A stretch of 64,000 nt of DNA from Takakia lepidozioides (Eukaryota; Plantae; Bryophyta): NCBI GenBank assembly GCA_030704615.1, contig CM060732.1, positions 59,148,001 through 59,212,000 of the forward strand, given 5' to 3'. Under the pieces are notes generated by a model. It saw nothing but the letters and a program-made list of their open reading frames with translations. It had not been told where the DNA came from and made no database searches. How positions within the stretch are numbered: the stretch's first letter is position 1; every line of letters begins with the position of its first letter. Shown here piece after piece: positions 1 to 12,799 of this stretch. The position numbers and the translations under genes were made by a program.

Positions 1-331
1 GTGCATGTTATTTTTTGCTCTTAATTTCTGTTTTGTCCATGTACATTTGGATCAATTCCCTGTAAAACCACGATGCCACATTTAGTGAAAGGCGATTACA
101 CCACCCCAGCGGTTTAGGTATTCGAACCCTCGTCCGTAGCGGTCCAAATACATGGAGAAAAAAAGAAAAACAGAAATTAGGAGCAAAAAAGAACATGCAG
201 GGAAATGCATGTCGCTCGCCTCCCATCCTCCCCCGAGCCACCAACTTGTGCGCTATTTCAGAATTTATAGCAGCAAGTCAAAACGATGCAAACGATATGG
301 GATAATATTGACCAAAAGAATTGCCCTAAAC
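1..331. repeat. Partial copy of the ~480-bp foldback/MITE-like inverted repeat (end of left arm, spacer, right arm)
   Basis: Matches 51013-51343 and 56932-57260. Confidence 0.7.
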
Positions 332-2107
332 TGGGTACTTGTGGCTTGGTTGTTCGAATAAGTAATTAAAATGACCGATCAGGATTATTGTGGCGAGTTA
401 TGGAAGCGACAAGGGGGCTGTCTGCCCTGCATTTCTGAAACACTGGGGGCTCTGGGGGCTCGGATATACATCGGTGGGAGAAAGAGAGATCAGGTCCGTG
501 CAGGAATGGACAGTGAGGGTCAACAAGGGGAAATTTGATAAGATTGAAGCATACTTGCAATTTGTGGAGTTGTTCGTCTTTTGCGAAGGCTGGGTAGTGT
601 GCGAAGGAAGGATGCCTGCATGACCACCATCATAGTCTGGTGCATTGACGCAGGATCCTTACTACGCTTCCCTGCAACAATATGATAAGGGGAGCAGGCT
701 GACTATTCAATGGAGCATCTCTGGATGTGCTTCCACCAATCACCATCCACTTCTCCTCCTATGTCATCCTACAATGTGAATTTCTGGCTAGGGTTGCTCA
801 CCCTTTACAATTGTAGTCCAAGTACTTCGGCTATAAGAAGTATTGTCCTAAGCTCGAAGAGCTCATGCCCTGTCTAGAAGTGTGATGTTGATGGATGCGA
901 TCATGTGTGCGTGCAGCCTTTCAGAGGACAGGACAGGACAGCTTTGGGAAGGGTGTCACCAAGTAATTGATGAATGCTATGGATTGGATTCAGATGTGAA
1001 CTAGAATGTAGAAAACTAGACTGTTTATAATGAACACTGAATGGGATGCCTTTCATGCTCAATATCATAATAATTCTTGTGTCAATCTTGAGCTTCAAAA
1101 TTAATTAGTATGTGATCTGGAAGATAATGCCCATTCTGTCCTCAATGCATCTTCATTTCCTCCATTTGCACTATATGGCAATGCACTAATGTCGAGCCAC
1201 AACTCTGGTGACCATGGTTCTTTACAAGGTACAGCCTTCCAACATTGTGAGTTCAAAAGTGTGTTTGACAAACGAAAGCTTCAATGTCCAAACCAATTTT
1301 TGCAATTTGAGGGTTCATCTTGCTTCCAGGGTAAACTGTTGATAATTGCCCGGCCCTTTCAACTTGTGAAAGTTTTGAAAGATGGTTTCTCTATGTAATC
1401 AGGGATGAAAGTCTTACTTAAAATGACTTCTATCTAGAACTTCCCTCAACAGCAAAACCACTTTCTTCCTCAGCGGCTCTTCGATCAACAATGGGCATCT
1501 CGGTATCATGCACAGAGCGATTGAGAGAGAGCCGTCGCTATGTCCCTAGATATACTCTTTGGTATTGTGACACAAATCTGTACACAAATACTAGGATCTT
1601 AGTGGGCTGCATTGTAGGCAGCCCTTAATGCCTCGCCATTAGGATCTCTTGGTCATTCCTGGTGGCACTTTTGAAGTTTCGGACTAACAGGGAAGGCGGG
1701 GTCCATAGTGGTAGCTAACATGCATGAACAAGTCCACAGGCACCAAGGCGGGTGGTTATGATGATATGAGAAATGCATTCAGATTACAAGCAAGACCCAA
1801 TTTGGCTCATACCTTGCGAGGCTCTATGATGTCACACCAAACCATTTCTGCTTTCAGTCATGACCTGAAATAAGATTCTTCACACCTGCAGTTTTAAGTA
1901 GAATCAGAGAAGATGCTATTTTGGGCATAATAGGTAGAAGACTTGGCTCAATTGATGATCTAGAATATTGGATGGCATATTCAAGATGATCTCTGGATAT
2001 TCTTCTGAATCAACCCAACAAATAGTTCAACTTACTATAACTCCTCTATAACTGATCATATTCCAAATTAATTACAGCAGAAGTTTCTACAGATCACACA
2101 CGATCTC

Positions 2108-2643
2108 TACCACCGAGCTCCTTCTTTCCCACCAAGCTGGCTCCTACCTTCATATATGCCACCGAGGCTCCTTCTCTCTCATGCTTCTCTCCCACCGAGG
2201 GCTCCTTCCATTATAGCACACTGTGTATATATACGCCGCCGAGCCTCCTTCTCTCTCATCCTTCTCTTCCACCGAGGCTACTTCCTTCACATCACACTGT
2301 ATATATATGCCCCTCCTCCCTCTCTCTAGCTCCTTCTCTCTCATGCTTCTCTCCCAACGAGGCTCCTTCCATTACAGCACAGTACACTGTGTATATATAC
2401 GCCACCGAGGCTCCTTCTCTCCCATCCTTCTCTCCCACCGAGGCTACTTCCTGTGCACTGTATATATATGCCCCTCCTCCCTCTCTCTCCGACATCTCTC
2501 TTAGCGTTTGCGGCCTCCATCAGTAGTTGTTTTGTGCTGCTATTTTTGGCTCCGCTCTTTGGTTCTTGTTCCTTCTTGTTTCCTGCTTTCCTTTTGTTCC
2601 ATAAGCTCTTTGAGCTTTCTGCAGAAGTTTGAAGCTCCATTTG
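2108..2643 (+). repeat. Degenerate CCACCGAGGCTCCTTCTCTC-type tandem array ending in a LINE-3'-tail-like segment
   Basis: Motif CCACCGAGGCT recurs about 9 times. 2592-2643 resembles LINE tail 48049-48101. Second copy at ~59038-59572. Confidence 0.6.
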
Positions 2644-2748
2644 TGGGGCCCCAAGTGTTGAGCGGCACCAGCTAGTTGGTGGAGCTGTGAGGTGGTGAGT
2701 AACTGCAGGATCAGGAGGATCAGGAGGACGAGAGAGACGAAGGGAACC

Positions 2749-3225
2749 ATGAGTATAGGCCTGGTGGTACTGGTGGTGGGTCTGATGCTGCTAGCCATGG
2801 TCAACCATGTGTAGGGTGCTGTTCTGTACAGCAACGAAGTGACCATTACCATCGTAAACAAGATCACAGATGGGTTCATGAGCCAGCCCATGGAACCATA
2901 TTCGCCTGAACCATTGTCGGATGTCTCAGTTAATTGCTATTCTGATTTGTTGCAGCCGGATCCCCATGGGGTGCAAGTGATTCATTACGACAATACATAT
3001 TCGTGGACCTTTGCGCCGATAGACTTGCATCACGTGGCATCGTGGACCTGTAGCTTCACATGGATGGACCATAAGGCTCAATTCATCATCTGGAATGGGG
3101 TGCTAAGCAACTTCGACGCACTAGCTTGCGAACAGTGCTTTTGGGAGGTCCGTCAAGGAGGATTCATGTGGACCCAGTATGCCGTCACAAACCAATATGA
3201 ATTCTACACAGGCTGGGATCCTTGA
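2749..3225 (+). pseudogene. S-protein homolog (SPH, plant self-incompatibility S1 family) with in-frame TAG at codon 22
   Basis: ATG 2749, signal peptide MSIGLVVLVVGLMLLAMVNHV, TAG at 2812-2814, then VTITIVN..VNCYS..YSWTF..WTCSFTW..CEQCFWEVRQGG, which fits the S1/SPH Cys/aromatic pattern. Intronless. Confidence 0.8.
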
Positions 3226-4852
3226 TCAGCCCTCACTCTTCTTCGCCGCTTAACACCAGGTTTGTCCATTTGCTGATTGTGCCTTGTTGATGAGGGTTCA
3301 AAGTTATCATGCAAGTGAAGTTTGATTTTGCATATTGTATGACTGTTTTCAATCAGATAATGGCGCTGAGGAGTTTGGGGCGAACTTTTCAAAATAAAGT
3401 TCTCAAATAGATATCACTAACAAGTCTGGATAGACAGGTAGAAACATGTAGCCATGTGGATTCATTTCATTGCTATGTGCACAGAAGTGGATGACATTGT
3501 GATATATTATGCCAGCTGAAGATTGCATTGTGCTGGTCATTAATAAAGTTCATATTTTATGGCATTCCCAATTGTCTGGGAAGTCATCTACAGTGGGTTG
3601 CAGTCCATATCAATGCACATACAGTATATATCACTTGTAGCCAAGATTCAATAGTTCGTCACTAGGACCTGCGGACCCTTCAAGTGTGAACACAACAAGT
3701 CTGTTAAATAACCGGATTTGTGTGAACAACATAAGATGGGAAGGTAATGTCTAAACCTCTTCTATATGAATTCGTGTGCGCATGACGGTGTTGGGTCCGG
3801 GGCTGGGTCATCTAGGTCCTACTACTATGCATGAAAGCTTTTGAATGGTATATTTTCATTGTCAATGAAGATTAGTAGTTGGAGTGTTGTGTCCCAGTCA
3901 GCTGATGGGGGACGTTGAGGCATGCCACCTTGAGCCTCAACCAGTATCCACAGCTGTCTGTAGCCACAGTATCAACCATTTCATTTAACAATCCCCGATA
4001 CGGTTGTGAAGCATTTGATGGTTTGGATTTCAATTTCCATTCCATTTGAAATACTGAATTGTGTGTACAGGCACTGCTTGTTGTATATTCTAATAGGGGC
4101 CTATGACGAGTTCCCTCATGGAGGGGATTGCAAAATGAAGCGTTTTCCCTTGTGGATCAAGGGACCTATACCTAAGAATCTCGGGGTATGTGGTAAAAGA
4201 AATAATATTCACGTCCAAGGGGAAGCATGTGTATTCCAAAGGGGGAAAACAAAAGTTTTTCCCACTCCACATCCAAAAGGGAAACTTTGAGTTGTGGGAA
4301 AAATGATTTTATTCACACCTCACATCCAAAGAGGGAAATTTTGAATTGTGGGAAAAAGGATTTCATTCACACCTTTTGAATTGTGGGAATCACCATTTCT
4401 CTTACATTGTATGTCTGCACCCGACCTCTTCTCCACTTAATTGTTAGAATCTCTTCCCTACAACATAGCTCATCATGGTGGACCTGTAACACATGAGAAG
4501 CTCTAATGTATACATGATTTCCAACTGTGTTGCAAATGCATAGTGGTAGCCATGTCACCCTGTGATCGGATTCTGTGTTTGCTAGAGCTGAATTCCATAT
4601 AAGTCGTGTATTTTGATACTACTACCAAAGTAAGTTAAGTCCCCTTCTGTTATGATTCAGGTCCTGTTCTTTTCCAACATTTTTGCACTACTGAGGAATC
4701 CATCCAGAGGGGTGATCCCACAATCTTGCACTGCACATCTCAAGATTATACATGATGCAATAATATCAATGACTGCCAAGGCCATGCCCAGTTAGCAAAC
4801 GAGAACCAGTATTCGATCTCTCTTGAAGTTCTCTTGCAACAAGAGAGGGCTT

Positions 4853-5778
4853 TGTTAGAGGACTGTCTGGGACTTAGGCACTTTTACGGGATCTGTGGGG
4901 TACCCTTAATTTTTGCACAGACTGAGACCAACAGGAGCCTTAAGGGTGACAGCAGCGCACTTTAGGGGGAGGTTACACAGCCCGTCACAGTCCGACACAG
5001 CCCGTCACAGCCAACACAGCTCGTCATAGTCCAACACAGCCCGTCACAGTCCGACACGGCCCGTCACAGTCCGACACAGCCGACACAGCCAGACACAGCC
5101 GTCACAGCCAGTCACAGCTTGACACAGCTGTCACGACCATAGGGAACGGATAGCAGGACAGGGAACGACTGTGGGGAACAACATCTGCGAATGGAACATG
5201 TTAGTTCACAGATGACGGTTAGTGAGAGAAACGGTTAGAACAACGGGTAGGAAGATAAAGCCAGGAGCAAGGACTGGAAAATGATCACTTCTTGGGGGGA
5301 CTTCGGACATCACTGGGAGGAAATGAGGCAGAGAGGCATCTCTGAGCAGAAAGAGGGAGAGCACGGAGTAGGAGGAGGACGATCTGTTGATGCTTGATGA
5401 ATGCAGGCAGTAGAGTTGTAATGTAGAGCAGATTAGAGACTCCATGGCTTCAGCCTGATACTTGATAGATATTAATCTGATACATACTTCATACTCACAC
5501 TGTGTAGAGAGATCTGAGTGAAGCTGTGGAATGAATGGATGAGTTGATGGAATCTGATAGATTGCTGAAGCAAACTGATACTTAATTACCAACAGTAAGG
5601 TAACTAGCTAACATGAATGCGGGAAGGAAAACAAATAGGAAACACCCCCATGATACACTAGCTGTAGGTCATGACTGATTGTTCTGAGCGGGCTGAGTGC
5701 TTAGAGATTCCCAACTCTTCTATCTTGGAGTTTCCGCCTCGGATAGCGAAGGGATGGGTGAGTAAAAGCCGCGCGACA
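4853..5778 (+). repeat. 5' LTR of element A (926 bp) with internal CACAGCC-type minisatellite (~4975-5133)
   Basis: TGTTAGAGG...CGCGACA; direct repeat of 17108-18062. Confidence 0.95.
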
Positions 5779-6367
5779 TTTGGCGACCATACTTGGGAAC
5801 TGGGTCATGAACAACCAGATGTGACAGGCATCTAGTGGGATCATGGTGGTTGGAGAATTAAAGAATTTGATGTGAATCAAATTCCTTGTGAAACTGAGAA
5901 GGAAAGATTGTCCAAACGATTCTTTCAAAGGTTCTTGGAATTGCCAGACGGTTGTAAAGAAAACATTCTTAAGAGAGTGCATGATGCTGACCCTGAATGG
6001 GGTCTGGAGAAAGGAGTGATAAAGATTTATCAGGTGGCCTGTAGAGGAAGAGCACGTTGGTTACCAACACTGGTTTATGTGATAGCATTGCTATCCATTA
6101 AGCGAGTAGAGTTTGAAGGCTGGGAGGAAAGAAAGGTGAATGTTTTTTACTCATATGCACAAAGAGCTTGTACTGGTAAAGAATTGGATTCCAAAGGATA
6201 TTTTGTGGATCAAACTCACACCAAGAACAGCTTTCCAGACTTGTTTGCCATATGGTTATATGGTAACGGAGACTTCTAGTATAGCCAAGGGTGCATTGAA
6301 GCTTGAAAGAAACCCAGGCATATACGAGAGATATTACAGAAGAGAGTTTTGGTTATTGCCACATTAA
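5671..6367 (+). pseudogene. Accessory ORF0 of A (disrupted copy)
   Basis: Collinear with the intact 231-aa ORF at 33948-34643; TGG>TAG at 5833-5835 and a frameshift in the T-run near 6145. Confidence 0.8.
5781..5798 (+). promoter_or_regulatory. Primer binding site of A, tRNA-Arg-like
   Basis: TGGCGACCATACTTGGGA 2 nt after the LTR; resembles the Ogre-type tRNA-Arg PBS (TGGCGAC...ACTGGGGA). Confidence 0.8.
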
Positions 6368-6388
6368 AAGAAATGAAAGACATGGGAC

Positions 6389-9300
6389 ATGAGTGATGAA
6401 AGAGAAGCTAGACGCCAGAGATAACAACAAAAAGAGAAAGCTATCTGAAAGCTAATTATCCATATCTCTGGGAGAGAGGAATAGACATAGGGGAATCATC
6501 TGGACCTCTCACACCATTAAGATCAGAGAGTACATCACCCATACCGGAAGAACTAGAGTCAGATGCCACTCCTTCTTTTTCTTTGCAAGAAAGATTAAGG
6601 GAATTGGTACGGGAAGAAGATCAATCACGAGGTGAAAGATCTGAGGTACATCCCTGGATAAAAGATTTGACAGAAATCTTTGATAAGAGTTGGCATGGAA
6701 CACCAAAAGCAGGAACTCCAGTTTCTGAAGCGGAAGGTGAAGAAGGAGGAGAGGATGTGGCAGAGCCAACGGAGAGTTCAAACTCTCCAACACCATTGCA
6801 GTTGAGTTACATGAGTGAAGAAGAAACCCAAGGGCAGAACTTGGAGGATGAAAATAGAGAGAAGAAATTGGAAGAGGAAGAGTATGAAGAAGTAGACCCA
6901 ACAGCTGAGGTTGAGACTACAACCAGGACATCCCAACCCGTTGGACCTGGATCAAGTTGAGCACTTGGATCACAGGCCAACGAAGGTGTCGGCTCAGGGG
7001 GATCAGGCGGGCTGCCTGGATCTGGCTCTGGGGGGACAGGGAGTGTGGGAAGTAGTGCAACTGGAGCTGGGAATACTGTGAATATCGTGGGGCCAGTAGC
7101 AGGGAGTGCTCAAGGGCCACCACTTGGTGGAAGATCCACCACAACAACAACAGGTCCTGAAGGACCAGCACCAACAAGGGTGCAAGCACCTGTCAGTGGG
7201 CAGAAGGTAGGGCCACAGATGGCATTACAACCAACACGGGCAAAACCACATTTTCCAATATATTCAGGAAAAGGGAATCCCGATATACACATTAGCCAAT
7301 TTGAGCACATGTGTATAGCGAACAATGAGAATGGCGATGATGCCAAGATGAGATTGTTTCCTTGTTCACTTATCAAGAAAGCAAGTGAATGGTATGCAAG
7401 ATTCCCTGATAATCATTTCCTAACCTGGAATGGCTTGAATACAGCATTCCGAAATAGGTTCAGGACAAGTAAAACTGAGGATGAAGTGTATGGAAGTTCA
7501 CAACAGTTAAAGCAAAAGAAGCATGAAACTGTTGAGGAGTATATGGAAAAGATGGAATTGATGATGAAAAAGCTGGCTGCTGTACCAGCACCAGGTTTAC
7601 AGAAGACTTGGTTTGTGAGTGGACTAAGACCAGAGTTGCAGAAGAAAGTGGATATGTTACCCCATAATACAGTGGAGGAGGCATTTGAAACTGCAAACAG
7701 AATTGAGCAATTGGGAATGCTCAGGAGAGAGAAAATGGATCATGAGGACTCTGAGGATGAGTCAGATGAAGAAGAAGAGCAAGAACTGAAAAAAAAAAGT
7801 AAGAGAAATGAGAAGTTGAAGAGGGATAACTATGAGAAAGATTAGAAGAAATCTTGAAGAAGTATGCCACAGAGGCTGCAACACATTGGAGGAAGGGTGT
7901 TTGGTGTGCAAAGTGCCAGAATGAAGGCCATACCACCACTGAATGCCACATGAAGGAGAAACACTGTACTATCTGTAAAATGGATAACCATTCTATTAAG
8001 AATTGTTACTACAACAGAAGGACAGCAGCTAGAGAACCTAGGCAAGTAAGGGTGCATCAAGTGCAGCCCCAGCCAAGAAGAAACAGTAATCAGGACCACT
8101 ATGGTAGGCCTGGTGGTTATAACAATGGCATGGAAAGGAGAGGTAATTCAAGAGGGAATTACCAAGGAAATTCCAGAGGCAACTATCAGGGTAATCCAAG
8201 GGGGAATTACCAGCCCGGGAATTAGGATTACAGAAATAATCCAAGAGCAGACCAATGGCGAGGACCCAACGGTGAAGAACTATGTTACTATTGTAATCAG
8301 CCAGGACATCGCAAGGCAGCCTATTCATTCTGGATTAGACACCAGAATGAGATGAGAGCTCCTGTGAGTGAGGGCCCAGTGGTGGCAGCTCACATGGTTA
8401 GGCCATGTGTTGTACCAGAAGTAAATACAATGATAGTAACAAGAAGCAAAGCCAAACTAATACCTCCAGTAGTTGAGGAAGATGATGATAATGAAGGTGG
8501 CAGTGATATGCCTGAAGATGATGAGGCTTGAAGAGATGAGAAGGAACTGCACAAGGAAGTGGCAGATACCATAAGGGAAATGCAGAAGAGTACTGATATT
8601 CCTGTGGCAGATTCCTCTGATTCTGATAGAGAAGAAGAAGTGAGTGAGGATGAAAGGAAGAAAGAAGATGCAGACATGCAAAGTAATGAAGGGACTTTGG
8701 CTGAAGTAATATGCCAGACCAAAGCAGAGATTACCATTGGACAGCTATTGGCTGTGGCACCTTATTGTAGACACAGGCTGTATCAAGCAATCAATCGAAT
8801 TGCCCAGGAGACAGGAAACACAGACCTGAACAGCAAGGTGACCAGTTATAATGTGAAGCCGGAAGGGCGAGAAACAGTCATGGACTTTGATGATTCTATG
8901 CCAGTAATCCAATTGAGAATTGGAAGCACAGAACTAACTGATGTACTGATAGATGGAGGCTCTGGAGTAAATATCATGACAGACCAATTAAGAAAGAAGC
9001 TTGGTCTAAGTAACATGAAACCAGCCCCATTTACAGTAACAATGGCAGATCAAAGGAGTGTACAGCCATTGGGATTAATAAGAGGAGTTAAGATACAGAT
9101 ACAGAAGATGATCTTTATGATCACGGTAACTGTGTTGAAGATGGATGAAGTCATGGAGGCTTACTCCTTATTATTGGGACGTCCGTGGCTGAAACAGACC
9201 AGGGTATTCCATGACTGGAATTCTCAGTTACTAACCGTGCATAATGGGATGCACGAGATACAAATTACCACAAAGAAATCTAGTAGATTACCTGCTACGA

Positions 9301-12300
9301 GAAGACCTCGAGGGGTCAGAGAGTATGACTGGAGAGGAGGACTGGATGAGGAGCAGGAAGCTACCTTGTTTGCTGCACACCCAGAGTGGGAGCAGGTTGC
9401 AGAGATGCGGCTGGAAAGCCTAAGTTGTTTAAGAGGTATCTGCTGTGGTGTAGTGTCAGCAACACCAATAGAAGAGGAAACCAGCAGTTACCCATCACAT
9501 TTCTATGAAGAAAGAGAAGGAGAAATGGAAATCCTAGAGGAACCAGCCACTGTGAGTTTACAGGATGAAGTGGTGACTGGTTGGACAATCACAGCTGATG
9601 AGCAGGTGAGGGAAGTGAATGTGGGAACTAAAGAGGAACCGAGGATGGTGAAGGTAGGAGCTGATTTGGAGCCAGAATTCTTTGAAGAAGCTAAGAGTTT
9701 GTTCATCAAATACAGAGATGTATTTGCTTGGAGCTATGAGGATCTAAAAGGGATACCACCTGAAATCTGTCAGCATAAGATTGAATTGGAACCAGGGTCA
9801 GTACCAATCAAGCAGGCAAGGTACAGAATGAATCCAACTATGCACAGAAGGTTGGAGAAGAGATCAAGAAGTTGGCTGAGGCTAAGTTTATATACCCAAT
9901 AGAGTATACAACTTGGTTGTCACCCATTGTGATAGTTCCCAAGAAGAATGGTAAACTAAGAGTTTGTGTGAACTACAAGAAGCTGAATGCTTGTACGAAG
10001 AAAGATCCTTTTCCTTTGCCATTCACAGAAGCAGTATTGGACACTGTGGCAGGCCATGAGATGTACTCATTCATGGATGGCTTCAGTGGTTACAATCAAG
10101 TGCAAGTGGCAGAAGAAGACCAAGGAAAGACAGCTTTCATCACAGATTGGGGTGCTTATGCATACAAAGTCATGCCCTTTGGACTTTGTAATGCACCAGC
10201 AACCTTTCAGAGAGTGATAAGTGAATCTTTTCATGAGTATCTGGATGATTTCATGCAGGTGTTCTTGGATGATTTCAGTGTGTACAGCTCTAAGAATGAG
10301 CACTTGCATAAATTGGAGTTATGTTTGGCCAGATGCAGGATGAGAGGTCTGGGCCTGAATCCAGAGAAATGTACTTTCTGTGTGAACTCAGGCGTGCTTC
10401 TGGGACACATTGTGTGTAAGAGGGGACTTCTTGTGGATCCCAGGAAGACAGAGGCCATTAAAGCCTCTCCACCACCAACAAATGTTAAGAGTCTAAGGAG
10501 ATTCCTTGGGCAAACTAGTTATTACAGAAGATTTGTCAAAAGGTATGCACAAATAGCAGCACCATTGAGCAAGCTTCTGAAGAAAGATGCAGTGTTTGCA
10601 TGGACAGCTGAATGTCAACAGGCTTTTGAGGAACTTACATTGTCAGTAACAACTACACCTGTGCTGATTAACCCTCACTGGCATGTAGTATTTCATGTTC
10701 ACTGTGATGCCTCAGGAGAAGCGTTGGGAGCGGTGTTAGCCCAGAATGTTACAGGAAATATAGATTCACCTGTGTACTATGCTAGCAAGGTTGATGAACA
10801 GTGCTGAAATGAACTATAGCACAACTGAAAGAGAAGCACTGGCAATGATTTATGCAGTCAAGAAATTCAGGCATTACCTATTGGGAAGAAAGTTTATGTT
10901 TTATGTGGATCACCAGGCTCTGATATATCTGGTGAACAAACCTTTGATAAGTGGAAGGATAGCGAGGTGGTTAATAATCTTGCATGAGTTTGAGTTCGAA
11001 GTTGTTTACAAGCCTGGCCGTTTGCATCTTGTGGCAGATCATTTGTCACGACTAACAACAGGAGAGGCCGCCACAGGAGTAGACGATCAGTTACCTGATG
11101 CGAGTTTATTTGTAATGGAGGTGCAAGGAAGTGCAGATGAATGGTTAGATTGGCAGTGGCCAATCATATACTACCTTACTCATGGTCAATGCCCACCTAG
11201 TTATGGTAAGGAGCAAAGGAAGAGAATTGCTATCAAGGCTTTGCCTTATACTATGGTAGGAAACAGAATGTATAAGCTAGGACCTGATGGAGTACTTAAA
11301 CGATGCTTGTACCACCATGAAGTAAATAAGGTTTTGGAGGAAGTTCATAAAGGAGTGGCTGGAGGTCATTTTGGAGAAGAGACTACCAGTAAGAAGATAC
11401 TACTCGCAGGTTACTGGTGGCCTACTTTGTTCAAAGATGTACACAAGTATTGTCAGAGTTGTGATGAATGTCAGAGGCTAGGACCTTTGCAGAGATCTGG
11501 AAAGATGGCCTTGCATCCTACAATGCCTACGGAACCATTTTAGAAATGGGGACTAGACTTTGTTGGACCAATTAACCCACCAGCCAAGAATACACGGAAC
11601 AGGTACATAATTACAGCCACTGATTATACTACGAAGTGGGTGGAAGCTAAAGCTTTGAGGGACAACACAGCCAAGTCCACAGCAAGGTTCCTGTATGAGA
11701 ACATACTTACACGATTTGGCTGTCCCTTGGAATTTATCAGTGATCAGGGAAGTCACTTCATTAATGAGACCATTGAATTATTGACTAAAGAGTTCATGAT
11801 TGTGCATAGGAAAAGTACAATATATTACCCACAGGATAATGGACAGGCAGAGGCTACCAACAAAATACTATGTACTATCTTGGCTAAGATAGTCAATGCA
11901 AATAGAACGGATTGGGATACAAAGTTGCTGACAGCTTTGTGGTCATACAGGACTTCATATAAAGTCACCACTAAGTATACACCATTCCAATTAGTTTATG
12001 GTATGGAAGCTTTACTTCCAGTGGAATTCCTGTTACCTACCATGAGAACGGAATGGGGAAAGAGAATGGAATTGCAAGATTCAATTAAGGTCAGGAAACA
12101 TGAATTATACCATGTGGAAGAAGTACGTGCTGATGCAGCTGATAACATGACTAGAATTCATATGAAGAGAAAGAAACAGTTTGATGAAGGCAAGATAAAG
12201 ATTTTTAAGACGGGAGATTTGGTTCTTTGGTTGCAGAAGAAGGGAAAGATTAAAGCTTCTAAGCTTAAATCACCATGGAAAGGACCTTACGTCATACAGA

Positions 12301-12737
12301 AGATGTATGATAACAACACCGCCATGTTACAAACCATTAACAAAGAGATGCTGGGAAGAGTCAATGCCAATAAGTTGAAGGGGTACAGTGGTATCCATGA
12401 CAAACCATTGCAGCATGATTTGCATGTTGAAACGCAAAAACAGTCACGGGCTGCGCCAGTGATACCAACGGAGTATGGAGCACTTGTCGCTAAGCCGAGC
12501 ATATATGACCAGGGCGGGCAGAACAAGAGCGACACAGCCTATCACAGCCCATCACGGCGTGACACAGCCTATCACAGCCCAACACGGCGCGACACAGCCT
12601 ATCACAACCCAGCAAGACGTGACACAGCCTATCACAGCCCAGCACGGCGCGACACAGCCTATCACAGCCCAGCACGGCGCAATACAGCCTATCACAAACT
12701 ACCACAGCGTGTCACAGCCTATCACAGCTTACCATAG
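6389..12737 (+). pseudogene. gag-pol of A, disrupted
   Basis: Gag with 3 CCHC-type knuckles, protease LIDGGSG, RT FLDD, RH, INT HHCC/DDE/GPY. Relative to B there are frameshifts at ~6423, ~7838, ~9837 and ~10787, and stops at 6958, 8223, ~8529, 11541 and 12735. Confidence 0.95.
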
Positions 12738-12799
12738 TGCAACACAGCCTATCACACGTACCACAGTATGACACAGCCTGTCACAGCTCAACACAGCCT
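12531..12799 (+). repeat. 30-bp coding tandem repeat (DTAYHSPARR) at the integrase C-terminus
   Basis: GACACAGCCTATCACAGCCCAGCACGGCGT-like units, about 8 copies. Confidence 0.9.

Noticed and set aside
85-150. B-box-like GGTTCGAATACC on the minus strand (tRNA or SINE head?)
   Set aside because: No correctly placed A box or cloverleaf; part of the foldback spacer.
660-2050. Possible exon remnants (also 3500-4000, 19800-20050, 48200-49250)
   Set aside because: Exon-like borders are present but I could not assign a protein family by eye; BLASTX is needed.
4255-4395. Short repeats CCACATCCAAA..GGAAA..TTGTGGGAAAA
   Set aside because: Possibly subterminal repeats of a DNA transposon, but no TIR or TSD could be defined.
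3400-4852. Expected downstream exons of the M18 peptidase
   Set aside because: No GS..QGA or DMAH motifs were found, so the gene is treated as a fragment.
5206-5592. 128-aa antisense ORF in the LTRs of A
   Set aside because: Not conserved in the B LTR and has no recognisable motif.
12531-12799. CRISPR-like appearance of the 30-bp arrays
   Set aside because: Head-to-tail units with no unique spacers, no cas genes, eukaryotic TE context.
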